DNA from: Asterionella formosa
Taxonomy: Eukaryota
Direction: 5' to 3'
DNA length: 49,306 nucleotides
Assembly: GCA_002256025.1 (NCBI GenBank)
Contig: NKIB01013971.1
Span: forward strand, 1 to 49,306
In this document: piece after piece, positions 46,401 to 49,306 of the stretch
Numbering within the stretch: the stretch's first letter is position 1
Layout: the number at the start of each line of letters is the position of its first letter
Position numbers and translations under genes: made by a program
Notes under the pieces: model-generated
The model's input: only the letters and a program-made list of their open reading frames with translations
Told to the model about the DNA's origin: nothing
Databases searched by the model: none

Positions 46401-47862
46401 AATACGCTCCTGTTGTCAAAGGCAAGTAACTAGTACGATTACAAAGGAAATCTGATGAGACATGAAAATTATGAAACCAGAATCACTCTGTTACTATACA
46501 TAGACAGTCTCTTGCTTCTTTGTGCATATCGCCTGCTAGCTGCGTTTCAATTCAAAATGTATTATGTTCGAATTAGAGAGACGATGTAACATAGAAGTAG
46601 ATTATGCAGTTCTATAATGGATGTTGTTTAGCTATGATTGAGGTTGTAACACTGATCGATGCTCTGGTGACAGACCGGCCGGAAATTTTCGTCTTGTGTG
46701 ATGAGCCATTTCATTTTCATTGGATTTCTTTTCAAGCTCTTAACGGATTGCATACAAACATCAAACATACTGTACACTGGAGATGATGATTCATCGAAGA
46801 CATATGATGACTTGAACAACAAATGAAGATTTTATCACAAATACTTGCTCCTCTTGACAAGGCTGCTTTGTCGTTGTTGAAAGAATCAGAGTGAGGACTG
46901 GAGAGGATGATGAGCCAAACCACATGACTTTAGCTGGTACGACATTATCCTAACAAGAAAATTTTAATAAAGGAACCTAAAAGAAACAATACATATAATA
47001 ATTAAATTTCCATAGTCAAAAGGGTTACTATTTAAAATGTGAGGGTATTTATCAAAATTATTAGATGATATAACAAAAAATTATGATCAGATGATCATAA
47101 TCCTATGATGCATCATATGAGTATGATGGCTTTTATTTGCAGACATAATGAGAATTAGTTGATGTTGTATTGTTGTACTGTTATTCACATGACAGGATGA
47201 GGGACGTGTTGCTTCATCAGAAATTGCCACAAGCTCTCCTTGTGGATTTGCATGCCAATCAAAGTCATTACAAAGCTTACCTCTACCGCAATGGTAGTGT
47301 GTGTTAACAAGCAACCAAAGAAGGAGAACAAGAAAGAAATGGGATCTCCACACAGGGGGAGTGCTTCAGGTTTACATATTGTTCAGCCTGCTAGCTCAAA
47401 CCTATTCATAGTTGAAGCTGGCTCGGGCTGCATCTAATTGGTAGCCATTGGTGAGGAAGTTGTTGCAATTTTCCAAGCAGATGATGTCCATGGTACCAAT
47501 AACTTAGATCGCGTTGTTGCATTGAAAACTGGTAAAATTGTCACTCTGAAGTCAATGTTTGGAACACTGGTGAAGTTCGAAGTCGAAGAAATAGTTTTGC
47601 TCAAAGCATCACTACATCCCAAGGAACATTTGTTGGTGATGTGAGCAGGCAATTTAGGGATTTTTTGGTTTCCATGTTCCCATGACTCTGGGAATTTTCG
47701 ACAAGAGACCAACTATTGCCAACAAACCAGAAAAAGAGTCCACAAGGTTGAGATCTGAGACAGAACATCGACAACAAGAATAATCTTTAGAAAGACTTTC
47801 GATCAGACTGAATTTACACAGAGTGCATGTGTATCAGATATGGTGCAGGCTTTTACACATTG

Positions 47863-48485
47863 AGTGTGATTGCTTCTGAAGACTACCAATAACATCTTTT
47901 ACAAAGACACTTTCCATAGTGTGATTCTGAAGACCAACAATAACATCTTTTACAAAGACACTTTCCATCTTGGATACAACGTCCATTTTATGGATGGGTT
48001 TGGTCTGCTTCTTTACCTTCCCCTGTTCTTGGCCGCAATCCCAGTTTTCTTCTGCAGCGTAGACATGTACATAGGAGTGATCATGATCATAGGAGTGATC
48101 ATGATCAGTACGTGATGCTGTATACACGGGTACGTGTATGTCATAAGTGAAACGTGTGTTCCCATCCACGTTCACATGACTACCGCATAGCACGCAATTC
48201 GTAGTACATAATAATGTCAACGAGATTTGATTACTACCGGTATGTATGTAACAATTACGTAGAAATACACATGTACACTAAAGCGATTGGACATGCCGGT
48301 ATGTACCCCACCAGTATACCTGGTACTGATTCTTACTCTCATCGTACCAGGGTACCGTAGTGACTTATTCAATATACATGGCTACGTACACGTTACCTGT
48401 GAAACGTGTGTTCCCATTCACGTTCAATGCTCACCACTAGCGTGCGATTCGTTGTACATAATTATCTACACGAGATTGAGAATGA
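47863..48485. repeat. Cluster of local duplications (~55-bp pair, 18-bp pair, ~85-bp pair)
   Basis: TTCTGAAGAC(T/C)A(C/A)CAATAACATCTTTTACAAAGACACTTTCCAT x2, CATAGGAGTGATCATGAT x2, and GTGAAACGTGTGTTCCCAT(C/T)CACGTTCA at ~48147 and ~48399. Confidence 0.75.
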
Positions 48486-48834
48486 CTATGTACCAACTAC
48501 GTTCCATAGTATACATGTACATAATTACATAGATTGGGCATAGGAGTAGTCTAGGCTACTGACCCCATCATTCTTATGGTTACCAGGTATGGTACCAGGT
48601 GAGCAATCCTGCACATCGATACAGATATATATAGAGTTGGGGTTATGTCAAATATATCGGAATTCAATAATGAGAGAACTCGACTAACACCCATTCTATA
48701 CTTTTGATGTCAGTTCAGGAAATGAGTTATACATAAGGATTAATTAATAAGCTCATATATTCAACAAATACTACTACTTCTAGTTAGATACTTCACTTTG
48801 AATTCAAAAAGAGTCGAATTAGAAGACAACAAAC

Positions 48835-49306
48835 ATGGCAATGTATTCAAGGGTTCCTGTGATTCCTTTGATCAAAGACTACAATGTATTGACTATCAAA
48901 ACTAAAACGTTCAGAGTTGCTTTAACCGGTGGAAGGTTTGAATCGTTTGATCAAGATATGATCGATGGAAGCTCAGTGGAAGCATTGTTAATTGGAGTTA
49001 GTCAATTTCGTGATATGGCTAACACATGTGACTTTAGCCCTGCAGATACCTTTTCCTATTTTAAAAGGTGTTTGACAGACATTGCCTTATCGGATTGGTT
49101 GAATGTGGAAGTACACCCAGAAGATCAATCTTACGATAGTTTCGAAGAAGCGATGGCTTTATGGTTAGACGATCGTTTGCCAAATGAGAGTTTTCAACAT
49201 CAACGACAATGGATGCTACGTTATTTATCTAAACCCTTTTCCATGTTGGTAATGGATTACGGAGCTCGTATTAAAACTTTAAACAGGCTACTTCAACTAA
49301 TGCCTC
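48835..49306 (+). mobile_element. Ty3/Gypsy LTR retrotransposon gag, 5' part (open to the window end)
   Basis: ATG 48835 opens an uninterrupted frame MAMYSRVPVIPL...FSYFKRCLTDIALSDW...FQHQRQWMLRYLSKPFSMLVMDYGARIKTLNRLLQLMP. The Q...M...L.KP..M.V.....R...LN..L...P motif is typical of diatom Gypsy Gag. Confidence 0.8.

Overview
Eukaryotic nuclear DNA, most consistent with a diatom (short GT-AG introns, a plastid-type presequence, diatom-style Copia/Gypsy/Ambal-like retroelements). Eight intact host genes lie in small islands between 3.9 and 26.9 kb: a TOM1/GPR137-like membrane protein, mitochondrial bL25, pyrroline-5-carboxylate reductase, RPL13A, a PPR protein, an MscS-family channel, a Nup88-like nucleoporin and a DUF1824-like plastid protein. 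The rest is mostly transposon-derived: a Copia 3' end with its LTR, several non-autonomous TIR elements, two Tc1/IS630-like transposase relics, a Harbinger-like element carrying a nested ~8.8 kb Ambal-like LINE (APE-RT-RNase H), and a Gypsy gag running off the right edge. The least explained signals are (i) a ~90-bp TIR element found just upstream of host genes, (ii) two copies of a shortened tRNA-like Pol III element with a conserved 3' flank, (iii) a possible foldback-type repeat with 60-bp arrays, and (iv) TACCAGG/CCTGGTA arrays next to promoters. All family assignments come from motif recognition by eye; no database search was run.
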